Source: Candidatus Sericytochromatia bacterium (lineage in GTDB: Bacteria; Cyanobacteriota; Sericytochromatia; S15B-MN24; UBA4093). Taken from it: 64,000 bases of DNA. The stretch is from NCBI GenBank assembly GCA_036676985.1, contig JAKFBU010000026.1:160001-224000 (forward strand), given 5' to 3'. A program made the position numbers and the translations under genes. Each line of letters starts with the position of its first letter. Position 1 is the stretch's first letter. This document shows, piece by piece, positions 35,570 to 45,081 of the stretch. Under the pieces are notes generated by a model. That model searched no databases. It saw only the letters and a list, made by a program, of their open reading frames with translations, and was not told the DNA's origin.

Positions 35570-36082
35570 CTACGGCTGACGGACCAGGGACAGCGCCCGG
35601 CGCTCGGCGGTGGCGTGGGCGTCCCGCGCGGCGAAGGCCGCGTAACCCGCGAGCGCGACGGCCCCCCCGACGAGGCCATAGACCGCGACCGTGCCCAGCG
35701 TCGAGTTGGCTGGCGTGACCTGCGCCACGCCCATGCCCGCCCCGAGCCCGAGCCCCATCCCGAGGGCCGGCACCACGAGACCGCCCAGGGAGAAGAGGGC
35801 GCCCCGGACGGGGTCGCCCGCGTAGACATGGCCCACACCGGCTCCGAGCGGGGCGACGATGACGGCGGCGGGACCCGCGACGGGTAGGGTCACGAGCGCG
35901 AAGACCACGGGGGCGACGAGGCTCAGGGTCGCGGCATAGGCCGGATCCGGCGGATCCGGCTGGTCGGAGGCCGAAAGCTCCGTCCGAGTCAGTGCCAGGC
36001 GCTCCAGCTCCGCCAAGGCGGGCGCGGGGGCGAGGAGCGAGACGGACAAGGCGATGGTGAGGGCTGGTGCGAAGCGGGCCAT
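35570..36082 (-). CDS. Hypothetical membrane protein (paralog B, GxGHxYAGDP motif)
   Basis: 'DPAYAATLSL.AP', 'GVGHVYAGDPVRG', 'ARDAHATA'. Confidence 0.7.
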   Translation of the reverse strand: MARFAPALTIALSVSLLAPAPALAELERLALTRTELSASDQPDPPDPAYAATLSLVAPVVFALVTLPVAGPAAVIVAPLGAGVGHVYAGDPVRGALFSLGGLVVPALGMGLGLGAGMGVAQVTPANSTLGTVAVYGLVGGAVALAGYAAFAARDAHATAERRALSLVRQP

Positions 36083-36141
36083 GGGATCATCCTCTGGGCA
36101 GCCGAACGGTCCTGCCCTCATGGTACCAGGCTGAGCGCTCG

Positions 36142-36633
36142 CTAATCGTCGTCGATGCGCTGGAACTCCGCGAGCCATGCGTCGCCGGCGGCCGCGGCCC
36201 GGCCATGATGCTCCCGGATGATGAGGCACGCTTGTTCGGGGAGGCCGGCCGCTTGAGCGCGCTCGGCCCCGTAGAGCCCATGCCAGCGGTAGAGCTGCTG
36301 GGCCCAGCGCCAGGGCAGAACCCGGCGCGGGGTCGGTGTGATGCCAGGATCCGGGAAGAGGACGACGAAGATGCGCCACAGGAGGCCATAGCCCCGGGGC
36401 TTGCCGCAATCGTGTACGAGCGCCCCCTTGAGGGCCTCGAGGGGCGGGTTGAGGGCGGCGAACCGGCGCGCAACGGTGGTGCAGTGGTACTTGTCGTAGC
36501 GCTGCATCCCGTCGTAGAGCGCCAGCTCCGGGCCGTCCAGGAGGGATCTGGCCCAGGCCTCGTCCTCGGGCGAGACGCGCTTGGTGAGGAGGTCCCAGAC
36601 CTGCCGGACGCGGGCGCTTGCCTTGGTGCTCAC
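36142..36633 (-). CDS. HD-domain phosphohydrolase-like protein
   Basis: 'DKYH', 'ALVHDCGK', 'HG..GA', 'IREHH', terminal 'DD'; GTGA coupling to the upstream protease. Confidence 0.75.
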   Translation of the reverse strand: MSTKASARVRQVWDLLTKRVSPEDEAWARSLLDGPELALYDGMQRYDKYHCTTVARRFAALNPPLEALKGALVHDCGKPRGYGLLWRIFVVLFPDPGITPTPRRVLPWRWAQQLYRWHGLYGAERAQAAGLPEQACLIIREHHGRAAAAGDAWLAEFQRIDDD

Positions 36634-37274
36634 GGCAGGAGGTTGAAGACCCACCGAGCGGCCGTCTGGATCAGGACGGACAGGCCGTGGTTGGCGCCCG
36701 GCCACATGACCAGGAGCACCAGGAGGATGATGCCGTAGGGCAGTGCGTTGTAGTAGAGCTGCCGCAGGCCAGCGGGCAGGATGGCCGACCAGATGTGGCC
36801 GCCGTCCAGGGGCGGGATGGGCAGGAGGTTGAAGACCGCGAGCCCGATGTTCATGAAGAAGAAGGTCATGACGACGCCCGAGGCGGCCTGGTAGTCCGTG
36901 CCGAACGAGACGTACTTGAGGACGGCCGCCGCCGCGAGGGCCAAGAGGAGGTTCATGGCGGGGCCCGCGAACGAGACGAGCACCTCACCGTTCTTCATGC
37001 GCAGGTTGTTGGGGTTGAACTGGACGGGTTTGCCCCACCCGATGGGCGCGAACAGGATCATGATCGTGCCCAGCGGATCCAGGTGCGCGAGCGGGTTGAG
37101 CGTGACGCGCCCCTGCTGCTTGGGCGTGGGATCGCCCAGGGCGTAGGCCGTGGCCGCGTGGCCGAACTCGTGCACCGACAGGGACACGAGCAGGAGCGGC
37201 ACCCAGATGAGGGCGCGGTTGAGGAGGTCGTAGGCGTCGAAGCCCGCACCCGAGAAGATTCCAAACGAGAGCAT
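36630..37274 (-). CDS. Site-2 protease (M50, YwhC-like)
   Basis: 'HEFGH', 'GDPTPK..GR.TLNPLAHLD', 'AGPAMN', 'FNLLPIPPLDG'. Confidence 0.92.
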   Translation of the reverse strand: MLSFGIFSGAGFDAYDLLNRALIWVPLLLVSLSVHEFGHAATAYALGDPTPKQQGRVTLNPLAHLDPLGTIMILFAPIGWGKPVQFNPNNLRMKNGEVLVSFAGPAMNLLLALAAAAVLKYVSFGTDYQAASGVVMTFFFMNIGLAVFNLLPIPPLDGGHIWSAILPAGLRQLYYNALPYGIILLVLLVMWPGANHGLSVLIQTAARWVFNLLP

Positions 37275-37297
37275 CAAGTCGTCCTTTCTACGGACAA

Positions 37298-39895
37298 TTA
37301 TACCGATTGGCCCCGTTCGTGCAGGAGACGCCGTGCCATCGCCTCCTCGTCCTCGGGCGTCGGGAGCGTCCCGGCGCGCTTCGCGTCCAGCATGGCCTCC
37401 AGGATCTCCCGGAAATGGGGGCCGGGCGCCGCCCCCTGGGCCTTGAGCCACTCCCCGTCCACCCGCTCGAGCCGGAGATCGCGGAGGACCGCGGCGTAAT
37501 GCCGAAGCCGGCGCCAGAGGCGCGGACTCGAGGAGGTGGCGGCGAGCGCCCACAGGGCCGCGTCCGGCAAGCCTTTCAGCCGGCGCGCGAGCTCGGCCTC
37601 CGTGAGCCGCTCCCACTCTTCAGACTCCCGCGCGAGCCGGGAGGTTCCCTCCCCGCATGCCTGGAGCGTCATGCGCTCGTCCCGGGTCAGGTGCAGGGGG
37701 GCGATCGCCCCCTCACGGGCCTCGGGCGTCAGGTCCTGCAGGAGGAGGGCCAGGGGAACAAGCCAGCGATCGCCCTCGGCCTCGGTCGTGCGGAAGCGGT
37801 ACCAGCGATCCAGCCGGCACAAGGTCTGGCGGAGGGCCGCCGACACCCGCAGCTCGGCGTGCAGCATGCGCCAGGCGTCGAGCCCGTCCAGGCGGGTGAC
37901 GAGCCTCGCCGCCTGCGGGAGGCCGAGCCCGAGCCGGAGCTCCAGCTTCAGACGCTCGCCGCCGAGCCCGTCGAAGCGTCCCGACTCCATGGCATAGCGG
38001 CCATAGGCCTCGGTGACGGCATCCATGCGGAAGCCGAGCTTGGTCTCGAAGCGCACGGCGCGGAAGAGCCGCACCGGGTCCTCGATGAAGCTGATGGGGT
38101 GCAGGACGCGCAGCACCCGCTCGCGCAGGTCCCGTACGCCGCCGAAGAAGTCCAAGAGCTCGCCGAAGGCCTCGGGGTTGAGGCGCATGGCGAGCGCGTT
38201 GATGGTGAAGTCGCGGCGCGAAAGGTCCTGCCGCACCGTCGAGGGAGAGACCACGGGCAGGGAGCCCGGGTAGGGGTAGTGCTCGACGCGCGCCGTCGCA
38301 AGGTCCAAGCGCTTGCCGCTCGGCAGGGTCACGTGCGCCGTGCCGAAGGGCTCGTGGACCTTGATCTTGGCGCCCAGCCGCGCGGCCAGATCCTTGGCGA
38401 GCGCAATGGCGTCCCCCTCGACCATGAGATCGATGTCGAAGCTCGGCCGCTCGAGCAGGAGGTCGCGCACGGCCCCGCCGATGAGGTAGGTGGGACGCGA
38501 GCCCGCGATGCGCCCCACCTCGTGCAGGACCTCTTGCCAGTCGGCGGGCCACATGGCCTTCAGGCGGTCTTCGAGGTCGTAGGAGGTGGGAGCGGCACCG
38601 GCTGCTTTGTCCCGGTCGTCGAGCGTGCGGATGAGGTCCGAGCGCGTCACGATGCCGACCAGTCGGCCCTCGTCCAGGACCAGCAGGCGCCCGATGTCCA
38701 GGCTCGTCATGCGCTCGCGGAGAGCCTCCAGCGGGGTGTCGGGGGCGACGGCCTCCACCCGACGAGCCACCATGCCCTTGATGGAGCGATCGCCGAAACC
38801 ATGGTGAAGGGCCCGATCCAGGTCCCGTCGGGAGATGACGCCCTGGGCCCGCCCCTCGTGCACCACGGGCATGGCCGTGTGGCCCCAGCGGCGCATGGAC
38901 TCCAGGGCCTCTGCGGCGGTGTCCTCGAAGGAGAGCGATCGCACGGGCGCGCTCATGAGGTCGCGGGCGACGGGGCCCGCGGTGGCAAGGCTGGGGAGGC
39001 GATCGCGGATCTCCTGGATCACCTCGGCGGGGTCGGGCCCCGGCGCCACGTGAGCACTCGCGGCCGTGGGGTGGCCGTGCGCCCCCCAGGGCGAGAGCAA
39101 CTCGCGCAGGTCGATGCCGGCTCGGGCGCGCGCCACGATCTGGGTGTGGCCCCCCGTCCGCACGGCCATCACGGCGAGGGTCGGGCGGAACAGGCTCATG
39201 AGCCGCTCGAGCACCACGGACTGCCCTTCGACCGCGTGGGGGTGGTCCAGGCCCACCAGGAGCACCGGCCCCTCCTTCTGGTCCTTGAGCTCCAGTTGGG
39301 GCAGCAGGTCGGTCAGGAGCTCCTGCTGGGCGGGCGTGAGCGGCGTATCCAGGTACTCGGAGACCTGGTCGAGCCGGGCGCCCTGCCGCAGGAGGTAGGC
39401 GACGGCCTCTGCGTCCTCGGGCGTGGTGCTCGGGAAGCTCAGGCGGCCCGTGTCCTCCATGACGCCGAGCAGCATGCCCGTCGCCTCCGGCGCGGTCAGG
39501 GTCTCGCCCGCCTTCTGCAGGCGGGTGGCGAGGATCGTGGTGGCGGCCCCGACGGGTCGGATCTCGTGGGGACCGGGGGGCAAGGGGCTCTCGAGGCGGG
39601 GATGGTGGTCCAGGATCTCCCAGGCGACGTCGGCGCGGTCCAATAGGGAGCGGACGTCGCCCGCGCGGGTCGCGTCCTGGGCGTCCACCAGGATCACGCG
39701 TTCGATCTCGGCCGGATCGAGGGCGGCGAAGTCCACCATGCCGAAGGCGTCGCGGTAGAGCCCGACGTAGCGCCGCACGTTCGCGTTGAGCGACGCCGGC
39801 AGCGCGATGAGCGCCCGGGGGTTCAGGTGCTTGGCCCCGATCATGGCCCCCAGGCTGTCGAAGTCGGCGTTGGTGTGCGTGAGGATGACGTCCAT
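37298..39895 (-). CDS. DHH-CBS-nucleotidyltransferase (probable A-adding tRNA nucleotidyltransferase)
   Basis: N-terminal 'H.NADFD...DHH', CBS pair, 'GGAVRD...DIDL', 'DL.RRDFTINA', 'SFIEDPVR'. Confidence 0.88.
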   Translation of the reverse strand: MDVILTHTNADFDSLGAMIGAKHLNPRALIALPASLNANVRRYVGLYRDAFGMVDFAALDPAEIERVILVDAQDATRAGDVRSLLDRADVAWEILDHHPRLESPLPPGPHEIRPVGAATTILATRLQKAGETLTAPEATGMLLGVMEDTGRLSFPSTTPEDAEAVAYLLRQGARLDQVSEYLDTPLTPAQQELLTDLLPQLELKDQKEGPVLLVGLDHPHAVEGQSVVLERLMSLFRPTLAVMAVRTGGHTQIVARARAGIDLRELLSPWGAHGHPTAASAHVAPGPDPAEVIQEIRDRLPSLATAGPVARDLMSAPVRSLSFEDTAAEALESMRRWGHTAMPVVHEGRAQGVISRRDLDRALHHGFGDRSIKGMVARRVEAVAPDTPLEALRERMTSLDIGRLLVLDEGRLVGIVTRSDLIRTLDDRDKAAGAAPTSYDLEDRLKAMWPADWQEVLHEVGRIAGSRPTYLIGGAVRDLLLERPSFDIDLMVEGDAIALAKDLAARLGAKIKVHEPFGTAHVTLPSGKRLDLATARVEHYPYPGSLPVVSPSTVRQDLSRRDFTINALAMRLNPEAFGELLDFFGGVRDLRERVLRVLHPISFIEDPVRLFRAVRFETKLGFRMDAVTEAYGRYAMESGRFDGLGGERLKLELRLGLGLPQAARLVTRLDGLDAWRMLHAELRVSAALRQTLCRLDRWYRFRTTEAEGDRWLVPLALLLQDLTPEAREGAIAPLHLTRDERMTLQACGEGTSRLARESEEWERLTEAELARRLKGLPDAALWALAATSSSPRLWRRLRHYAAVLRDLRLERVDGEWLKAQGAAPGPHFREILEAMLDAKRAGTLPTPEDEEAMARRLLHERGQSV

Positions 39896-39929
39896 GCGGC
39901 CTCCCGGGAAGCCCGATGATACCACGCGG

Positions 39930-39955
39930 TTAAGGCTCGGGAAAGCTTGCCTTAA
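39930..39955. promoter_or_regulatory. Two TTAA sites 22 bp apart inside an imperfect inverted repeat, in a divergent promoter region
   Basis: GCGGTTAAGGC...GCCTTAAACCGC. Confidence 0.4.
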
Positions 39956-40022
39956 ACCGCGTCACTCGGCCCCGGAAGGGGACGATAACTCCGTCAACAG
40001 CCCCTGAGAAAGGAGTCTGACG

Positions 40023-40790
40023 ATGGTAACCTTCCGCCGCGCCCTACTGTACTTCGCCTTTCTCCTCGTCATCTTCGTGCCCCTGCCGGCCTTCGCGCTG
40101 GAGACGCCGCAGGCCGTGCAGGCCCTCTCGAGCGCTGGCACCGCGGTCGGGTCGCCCCTGGTGGACGGCAACGGCAGCCCGTACCTGGATGCCCGGGGCA
40201 ACGCCATCACCGTCACGGCGAACACCACCGAGTACGGTCAGGCCACGGCCACCTCGATTGCCAACACCCTGCGCATGCCCGTGGGAGACCTCCTGGCGCA
40301 GTCGCAGGCCCTCGGCATCTCGATCCCCCTGATGATGACGGGCAAGACGACCACCGTCACCCGCAGCGACGGCGGCGTCGAGCGCATCTTCTCCTTCACG
40401 GCCGCCAACGGCGACACCTACGTCTTCCTGGCGGACCAGACGGGCCCCAACGTCTACGGCGTCCGGATCGCCAACGTCAAGCCCAGCGGCATGGGCACCA
40501 TCTTCACGGCGCACGGCCTCAACGGGAACTTCACCAACCCGCCCTGGTACCTCTCCAAGGAGGCCAAGCAGCAGTACTGGATGAACACCCTCGTGGCCCA
40601 GGTCTTCACGCCCGCACCGCCCCCCGTGGCCCCGACCATCCCGGATCCCGCCGTGCCCGTGGCTCAGGGCGGCCGGACGACCATCGGCGACCAGGCGTAC
40701 GTCTCGGACTACTCGTTCAGCAACGTTCCGGTCACCCTGAGCGGGGCCCAGAAGCGGGTCGCCCTGTCGGTGGTGCGGCGCAACAAATAG
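40023..40790 (+). CDS. Secreted hypothetical protein
   Basis: AAGGAG RBS, signal peptide ending AFA, Thr/Gly-rich, Pro-rich linker. Confidence 0.75.
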   Translation: MVTFRRALLYFAFLLVIFVPLPAFALETPQAVQALSSAGTAVGSPLVDGNGSPYLDARGNAITVTANTTEYGQATATSIANTLRMPVGDLLAQSQALGISIPLMMTGKTTTVTRSDGGVERIFSFTAANGDTYVFLADQTGPNVYGVRIANVKPSGMGTIFTAHGLNGNFTNPPWYLSKEAKQQYWMNTLVAQVFTPAPPPVAPTIPDPAVPVAQGGRTTIGDQAYVSDYSFSNVPVTLSGAQKRVALSVVRRNK

Positions 40791-40804
40791 GCTCATGGAC
40801 GACG

Positions 40805-40838
40805 ACGGGGGCGCCTCTCGCCGGAGAGGCGCCCCCGT
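40805..40838 (+). terminator. Hairpin, probable terminator
   Basis: ACGGGGGCGCCTCTC-gccg-GAGAGGCGCCCCCGT. Confidence 0.65.
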
Positions 40839-40913
40839 GCTGTCCGGCGCCGATCTCTGCTATAATCGTTAAATTCTTCTTTAAACAGCAACATCCCGCG
40901 AGGAGGCCTTCAA

Positions 40914-41303
40914 ATGCTCAATTCGGTGGTCCTGGTCGGCCGCGTCGGAGCCGATCCCGAGATCAAGTACTTCGAGACCGGTCGCGTCAAGACGACCTTC
41001 AACTTGGCGGTCAACCGCCCGGTCAAGCGCACCGAGGGCGTGGACAGCACCGATTGGTTCCGGATCGAGCTCTGGGGCAAGCAGGCCGAGATCGCCAACG
41101 AGTACGTCCGCAAGGGCAGCCTGATCGGCATCCAGGGCCGGCTCGAGTTCAGCCGCTGGACCGACGCCAACGGCGCCAAGCATGAGATGCCCATCATCTC
41201 CGCCAACAACCTGCGCCTCCTGGGCAGCCGCTCGGACAATCAGATGGCCGGAGCCGGCAGCCGCGGCGGCTACGACGAGGGCGGGTTCGACCCCGGCTTC
41301 TAA
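40914..41303 (+). CDS. ssb: Single-stranded DNA-binding protein (short cyanobacterial-like paralog)
   Basis: 'NSVVLVGRVGADPEIKYFETG', 'TDWF', 'WGKQAE', 'KGSLIGI.G'; TGCTATAAT upstream. Confidence 0.92.
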   Translation: MLNSVVLVGRVGADPEIKYFETGRVKTTFNLAVNRPVKRTEGVDSTDWFRIELWGKQAEIANEYVRKGSLIGIQGRLEFSRWTDANGAKHEMPIISANNLRLLGSRSDNQMAGAGSRGGYDEGGFDPGF

Positions 41304-41315
41304 GCCGCACGCGCC

Positions 41316-42647
41316 ATGGCCACCCGCATCGGCATCCTGGCCGACGACCTCACCGGAGCGAGCGATACCGGCCTGCAATTCCGGCAGGCCGGTCTGCGCA
41401 CGTGGGTGGTCACGCGCGTGCCGCAGGCCCCCGAGGTCCTGCCGCGCGAGATCGAGGTCCTCTCGGTCAACACGGCCTCGCGTCACCTGCCGGGTCGCCA
41501 GGCGAGCGAGCGGGCCCGTGACGCCCTGGGTTGGCTCCTGAGCCAGGGCTGCCGCTCGTTCTACAAGAAGCTGGACTCCACCCTGCGCGGCCCCATGGGC
41601 GCGGAGATCGCGGCGCTGCGGCGGGACTTAGGTTCGGCGCTCGCGGTGGTGGCCCCGGCCTTCCCCCAGGCGGGCCGCACGACCCTCGGCGGCTACCAGC
41701 TGGTCGACGGGGTGCCCGTCAGCCTCACCTCCTATGGCTCGGATCCCCTGCATCCGGTCAAGGAGGCGCACCTGCCCACGCTCCTCGCCGAGGGCGGAGA
41801 GCGGGTGGGCCTCATCGAGTGGAAGACCGTCTCCGAGGGACCGGACGCCATCGCCCGCGAGCTCTTCCGCATGCTGGCCAGCGAGGTGCGGACGGTCGTG
41901 GTGGACGCCGTGCGCCCCGAAGACCTGCGATCGCTCGCCACCGCCATCCACCACGCCCCCTACATGATCCTGCCCGCGGGCTCGGCGGGCCTCGCCGCGG
42001 CCCTGGTCGAGACCCAGGGCGCCCTGCCCCGGCTGTCGGGCGCCGAGGCCCCCAAGGGGCGCCTCTTGGGCAAGCTGCCTCCGGTCTTCATCGTCAACGG
42101 CAGCGCCAACCCCGTCAGCCTGCAGCAGCTCGGAGCCCTGGAGGCGGACGTGCGCCGCATCGTCGTGGACGTGCGCCAGCTCCTCTTGACGGACGACGAG
42201 GCGGTCGAGCGCCTGGCGCGGGAGGTCCTGCAGGGCCTGCTCGCCGGCCGGGACGTCCTCCTGACCACGGCCACCAGCGCCGCCGAGGTGCGGCGCGACC
42301 AGGAGCTCGGAGCCGACCTGGGCCTCAGCCCCTTCCAGGTGGGACAGCACCTGACGGAGGTCATGGGGCGCCTGGTGCGCCGCGTGGTCTCGCAGGGCGA
42401 GGTGACCCACCTGGTGCTGGTGGGCGGCGAGACGGCGGCCTCGGTGCTTTCTCAGCTGCCGGGCGATCGCCTCGAGATCCTCTCGGAGGTCCTGCCCGCC
42501 ATTCCGGTGAGCCGACTCATCGGCACCCCCCTGCGCATCGTCACCAAGTCCGGCGGCTTCGGCGCCCCGGAGGCCCTGCGCGACATCGTCTCCCGCGTGC
42601 GTCAACTGGATCTCGAAGATGAGAGCCTGCGTCCTCGGCTCGGGTAG
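41316..42647 (+). CDS. Four-carbon acid sugar kinase family (DUF1537)
   Basis: 'ADDLTGASD', 'YKKLDSTLRG', 'PAFP..GR', 'GGETA', 'TKSGGFG'. Confidence 0.9.
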   Translation: MATRIGILADDLTGASDTGLQFRQAGLRTWVVTRVPQAPEVLPREIEVLSVNTASRHLPGRQASERARDALGWLLSQGCRSFYKKLDSTLRGPMGAEIAALRRDLGSALAVVAPAFPQAGRTTLGGYQLVDGVPVSLTSYGSDPLHPVKEAHLPTLLAEGGERVGLIEWKTVSEGPDAIARELFRMLASEVRTVVVDAVRPEDLRSLATAIHHAPYMILPAGSAGLAAALVETQGALPRLSGAEAPKGRLLGKLPPVFIVNGSANPVSLQQLGALEADVRRIVVDVRQLLLTDDEAVERLAREVLQGLLAGRDVLLTTATSAAEVRRDQELGADLGLSPFQVGQHLTEVMGRLVRRVVSQGEVTHLVLVGGETAASVLSQLPGDRLEILSEVLPAIPVSRLIGTPLRIVTKSGGFGAPEALRDIVSRVRQLDLEDESLRPRLG

Positions 42648-43593
42648 CTGGGGGACGGCGCTCGCCGCCCTCCTGGTCCATGCGGGCGTGCCCGCATGGC
42701 TGTGGGCGCGTGACCTCGAGACGGTGCGATCGCTCGCCGCCACCCGCTCCAACCCGCGCTACCTGCCGGGCCTCGTGCTGCCCGAGGACCTGTGGCCCAC
42801 CGATGACCTGACGGTCGCCATGGAGGCCGACCTCGTCGTCCTCGCCGTACCCTCCCAGGCCCTGCGCTCGGTGGCCCGACAGCTCTGCGTCCGGCGGGGC
42901 ACGCCCGTGGTGAGCGCCACCAAGGGCTTCGAGCTCGGCACGACCAAGCGCATGACCGAGATCATCTCCGAGGAGGTCCCCGAGGCCATCCCGCTCGCCC
43001 TGTCGGGCCCGAACCTCGCGGGCGAGATCGCCATGGGGCGCCCCGCCTCGACGGTCATCGGCGGCGAGCCCGAGGCCGCGCGCCTCGTCCAGCAGGCCTT
43101 CAACTCCGAGCGCTTCCGGGTCTACACCAACGAGGACGTGGTGGGCGTGGAGCTGGGCGGTGCGCTCAAGAATATCACGGCGCTGGCCGCGGGCATCCTC
43201 GACGGCCTGGAGCTTGGCGACAACGCCAAGGCGGCCCTCATGACCCGGGGGTTGGCCGAGAACGCCCGACTGGGGGTGGCCATGGGCGCCGAGGCCGCGA
43301 CCTTCGCGGGCCTCGCCGGCATGGGCGACCTGATCGCCACCTGCGCGAGCCCCCTTTCGCGCAACCACCGGGTGGGGGTGGAGCTCGCCCGGGGCTTCAG
43401 CTGGCAGCAGATCCAGGACCGCCTCCAGCTTACGGCCGAGGGTGTCCACACGACCGTCTCCGCCCTGGAGCTCGCGCGCCGTCACCACATCGAGCTGCCC
43501 ATCGCGAGCCAGATCCACGCCGTCCTCTACGAAGGGCTACCGGCCGAGCGGGCCGTCAGCGCCCTGATGGGAAGACCGCCCCGCTCCGAGTGA
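42619..43593 (+). CDS. gpsA: NAD(P)H-dependent glycerol-3-phosphate dehydrogenase
   Basis: 'GSGSWGTALA', 'SGPNLA.E', 'GGALKN', 'GDL..TC.SPLSRN'. Confidence 0.95.
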   Translation: MRACVLGSGSWGTALAALLVHAGVPAWLWARDLETVRSLAATRSNPRYLPGLVLPEDLWPTDDLTVAMEADLVVLAVPSQALRSVARQLCVRRGTPVVSATKGFELGTTKRMTEIISEEVPEAIPLALSGPNLAGEIAMGRPASTVIGGEPEAARLVQQAFNSERFRVYTNEDVVGVELGGALKNITALAAGILDGLELGDNAKAALMTRGLAENARLGVAMGAEAATFAGLAGMGDLIATCASPLSRNHRVGVELARGFSWQQIQDRLQLTAEGVHTTVSALELARRHHIELPIASQIHAVLYEGLPAERAVSALMGRPPRSE

Positions 43594-43648
43594 TATAGTA
43601 TGAAACCGACCCATCGCCACCACCACATGAAAGGGAACAGTGCCATCA

Positions 43649-44845
43649 ATGCGCATCTGCATGCTTAGCTGGGAATATCCCCCTCGCATCGTCGGCGGCA
43701 TCGCCCGTCACGTCGAGGAGATCTCCGAGGCCATGGCGGCCCAGGGCCACGAGGTCCACGTGATCACGGCCGATCACCCCGACACCGAGGCCTATGAGCA
43801 CCGCAAGGGCGTCCACATCCACCGGATCAAGGACATGCCCCCCGAGACGACGGATTTCGTCAGCTGGGTCCTGCACCTCAACTTCGGGATGGCCGACCAG
43901 GCGATTCGCATGCACATGCACCAGCCCTTCGACCTGGTTCATGCCCACGACTGGCTCGTGAGCCAGGCCGCCATCCTGCTCAAGAAGTCCTTCGATCTGC
44001 CCATGGTGGCGACCATCCACGCCACCGAGGCCGGCCGCATGCATGGCATCCACAACACCATTCAGTCCTACATCAACCAGCAGGAGTGGCGCCTGTCGTA
44101 TGAGGCCTACCGGGTCATCGTCTGCTCGGAGTACATGCGCCGCGAGGTCAAGAGCCAGTTCGGCGTGCCCGACGATAAGATCGACGTCATCCCCAACGGC
44201 ATCGACTACTCGAAGTTCGACTTCGAGTTCGACAAGGCGCACTTCCGCCGCCGCTTCGCCCTCGACCACGAGAAGATCGTCCTCTTCGTCGGTCGCATGG
44301 TCCCCGAGAAGGGCGCCCAGGTGCTCGTCGAGGCCATGCCCCGCGTGCTCGCCCAGTCCCCCGAGGCCAAGTTCGTGGTGGTCGGCAAGGGCGGCTTCCT
44401 GAACGAGCTCAAGGCCCGCGCCGCGGCCCTCAACCTCGGCAACAAGGCCCTCTTCACGGGCTACGTGGACGACGACACCCTGCTTCGCCTCTACAAGGTG
44501 GCGGACGTCTCGGTGGTCCCCTCGCTGTACGAGCCCTTCGGCATCGTGGCCCTCGAGGGCATGGGCGCCAAGAAGCCCACGGTCGTCGCCGAGACCGGCG
44601 GCCTGGGCGAGATCGTCGACCACACCCGCTCGGGCATCACGACCTTCGCCGGGGACGCGGGCTCGCTCGCCTGGGGCCTCCTGGAGGTGCTCAAGAACCC
44701 CGAGTACGCGCAGATGCTGGGCGAGAACGGCTTCCGCAAGGTCGAAGAGGTCTTCAACTGGCCCTCGATCGCCCGTACGACCGTCGGCGTCTACGACCGG
44801 ACGCTCGAGGCAGCCGGCAAGGCTCCCGCCCAGTCGGCGGTCTAA
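43649..44845 (+). CDS. Glycosyltransferase family 4 (alpha-glucosyl/mannosyl transferase)
   Basis: 'LSWEYPP..VGG', 'HAHDWL', 'TIHATE.GR', 'YEPFGIVALE'. Confidence 0.9.
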   Translation: MRICMLSWEYPPRIVGGIARHVEEISEAMAAQGHEVHVITADHPDTEAYEHRKGVHIHRIKDMPPETTDFVSWVLHLNFGMADQAIRMHMHQPFDLVHAHDWLVSQAAILLKKSFDLPMVATIHATEAGRMHGIHNTIQSYINQQEWRLSYEAYRVIVCSEYMRREVKSQFGVPDDKIDVIPNGIDYSKFDFEFDKAHFRRRFALDHEKIVLFVGRMVPEKGAQVLVEAMPRVLAQSPEAKFVVVGKGGFLNELKARAAALNLGNKALFTGYVDDDTLLRLYKVADVSVVPSLYEPFGIVALEGMGAKKPTVVAETGGLGEIVDHTRSGITTFAGDAGSLAWGLLEVLKNPEYAQMLGENGFRKVEEVFNWPSIARTTVGVYDRTLEAAGKAPAQSAV

Positions 44846-44866
44846 CCGCTCTCACGGTTTCCAGGC

Positions 44867-44896
44867 ACGAAGGCTCCCCGCTCGGGGAGCCTTCGT
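44867..44896 (+). terminator. Hairpin, probable terminator
   Basis: ACGAAGGCTCCCCG-ct-CGGGGAGCCTTCGT. Confidence 0.65.
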
Positions 44897-45081
44897 CGTG
44901 CATGGGGGGCGACGAGTCGCCCCTCTTGCCTCGCCGAAAAGAGGGATCGAGAGGCTCGCTTGTCCCCTTCCGTCAAAACGTTTCTGTATGTTAAGATCGG
45001 AGGGAATGCGTAACGAATAGTGCCGTTGCGGCGATCGTTCCCGCATCCAAGCGCCCTACAACGGAGTAAGGAGTTTACCCC

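Noticed and set aside
40600-40790. PEP-CTERM-like sorting signal (IPDP...RRNK)
   Set aside because: No hydrophobic transmembrane segment between the motif and the basic end
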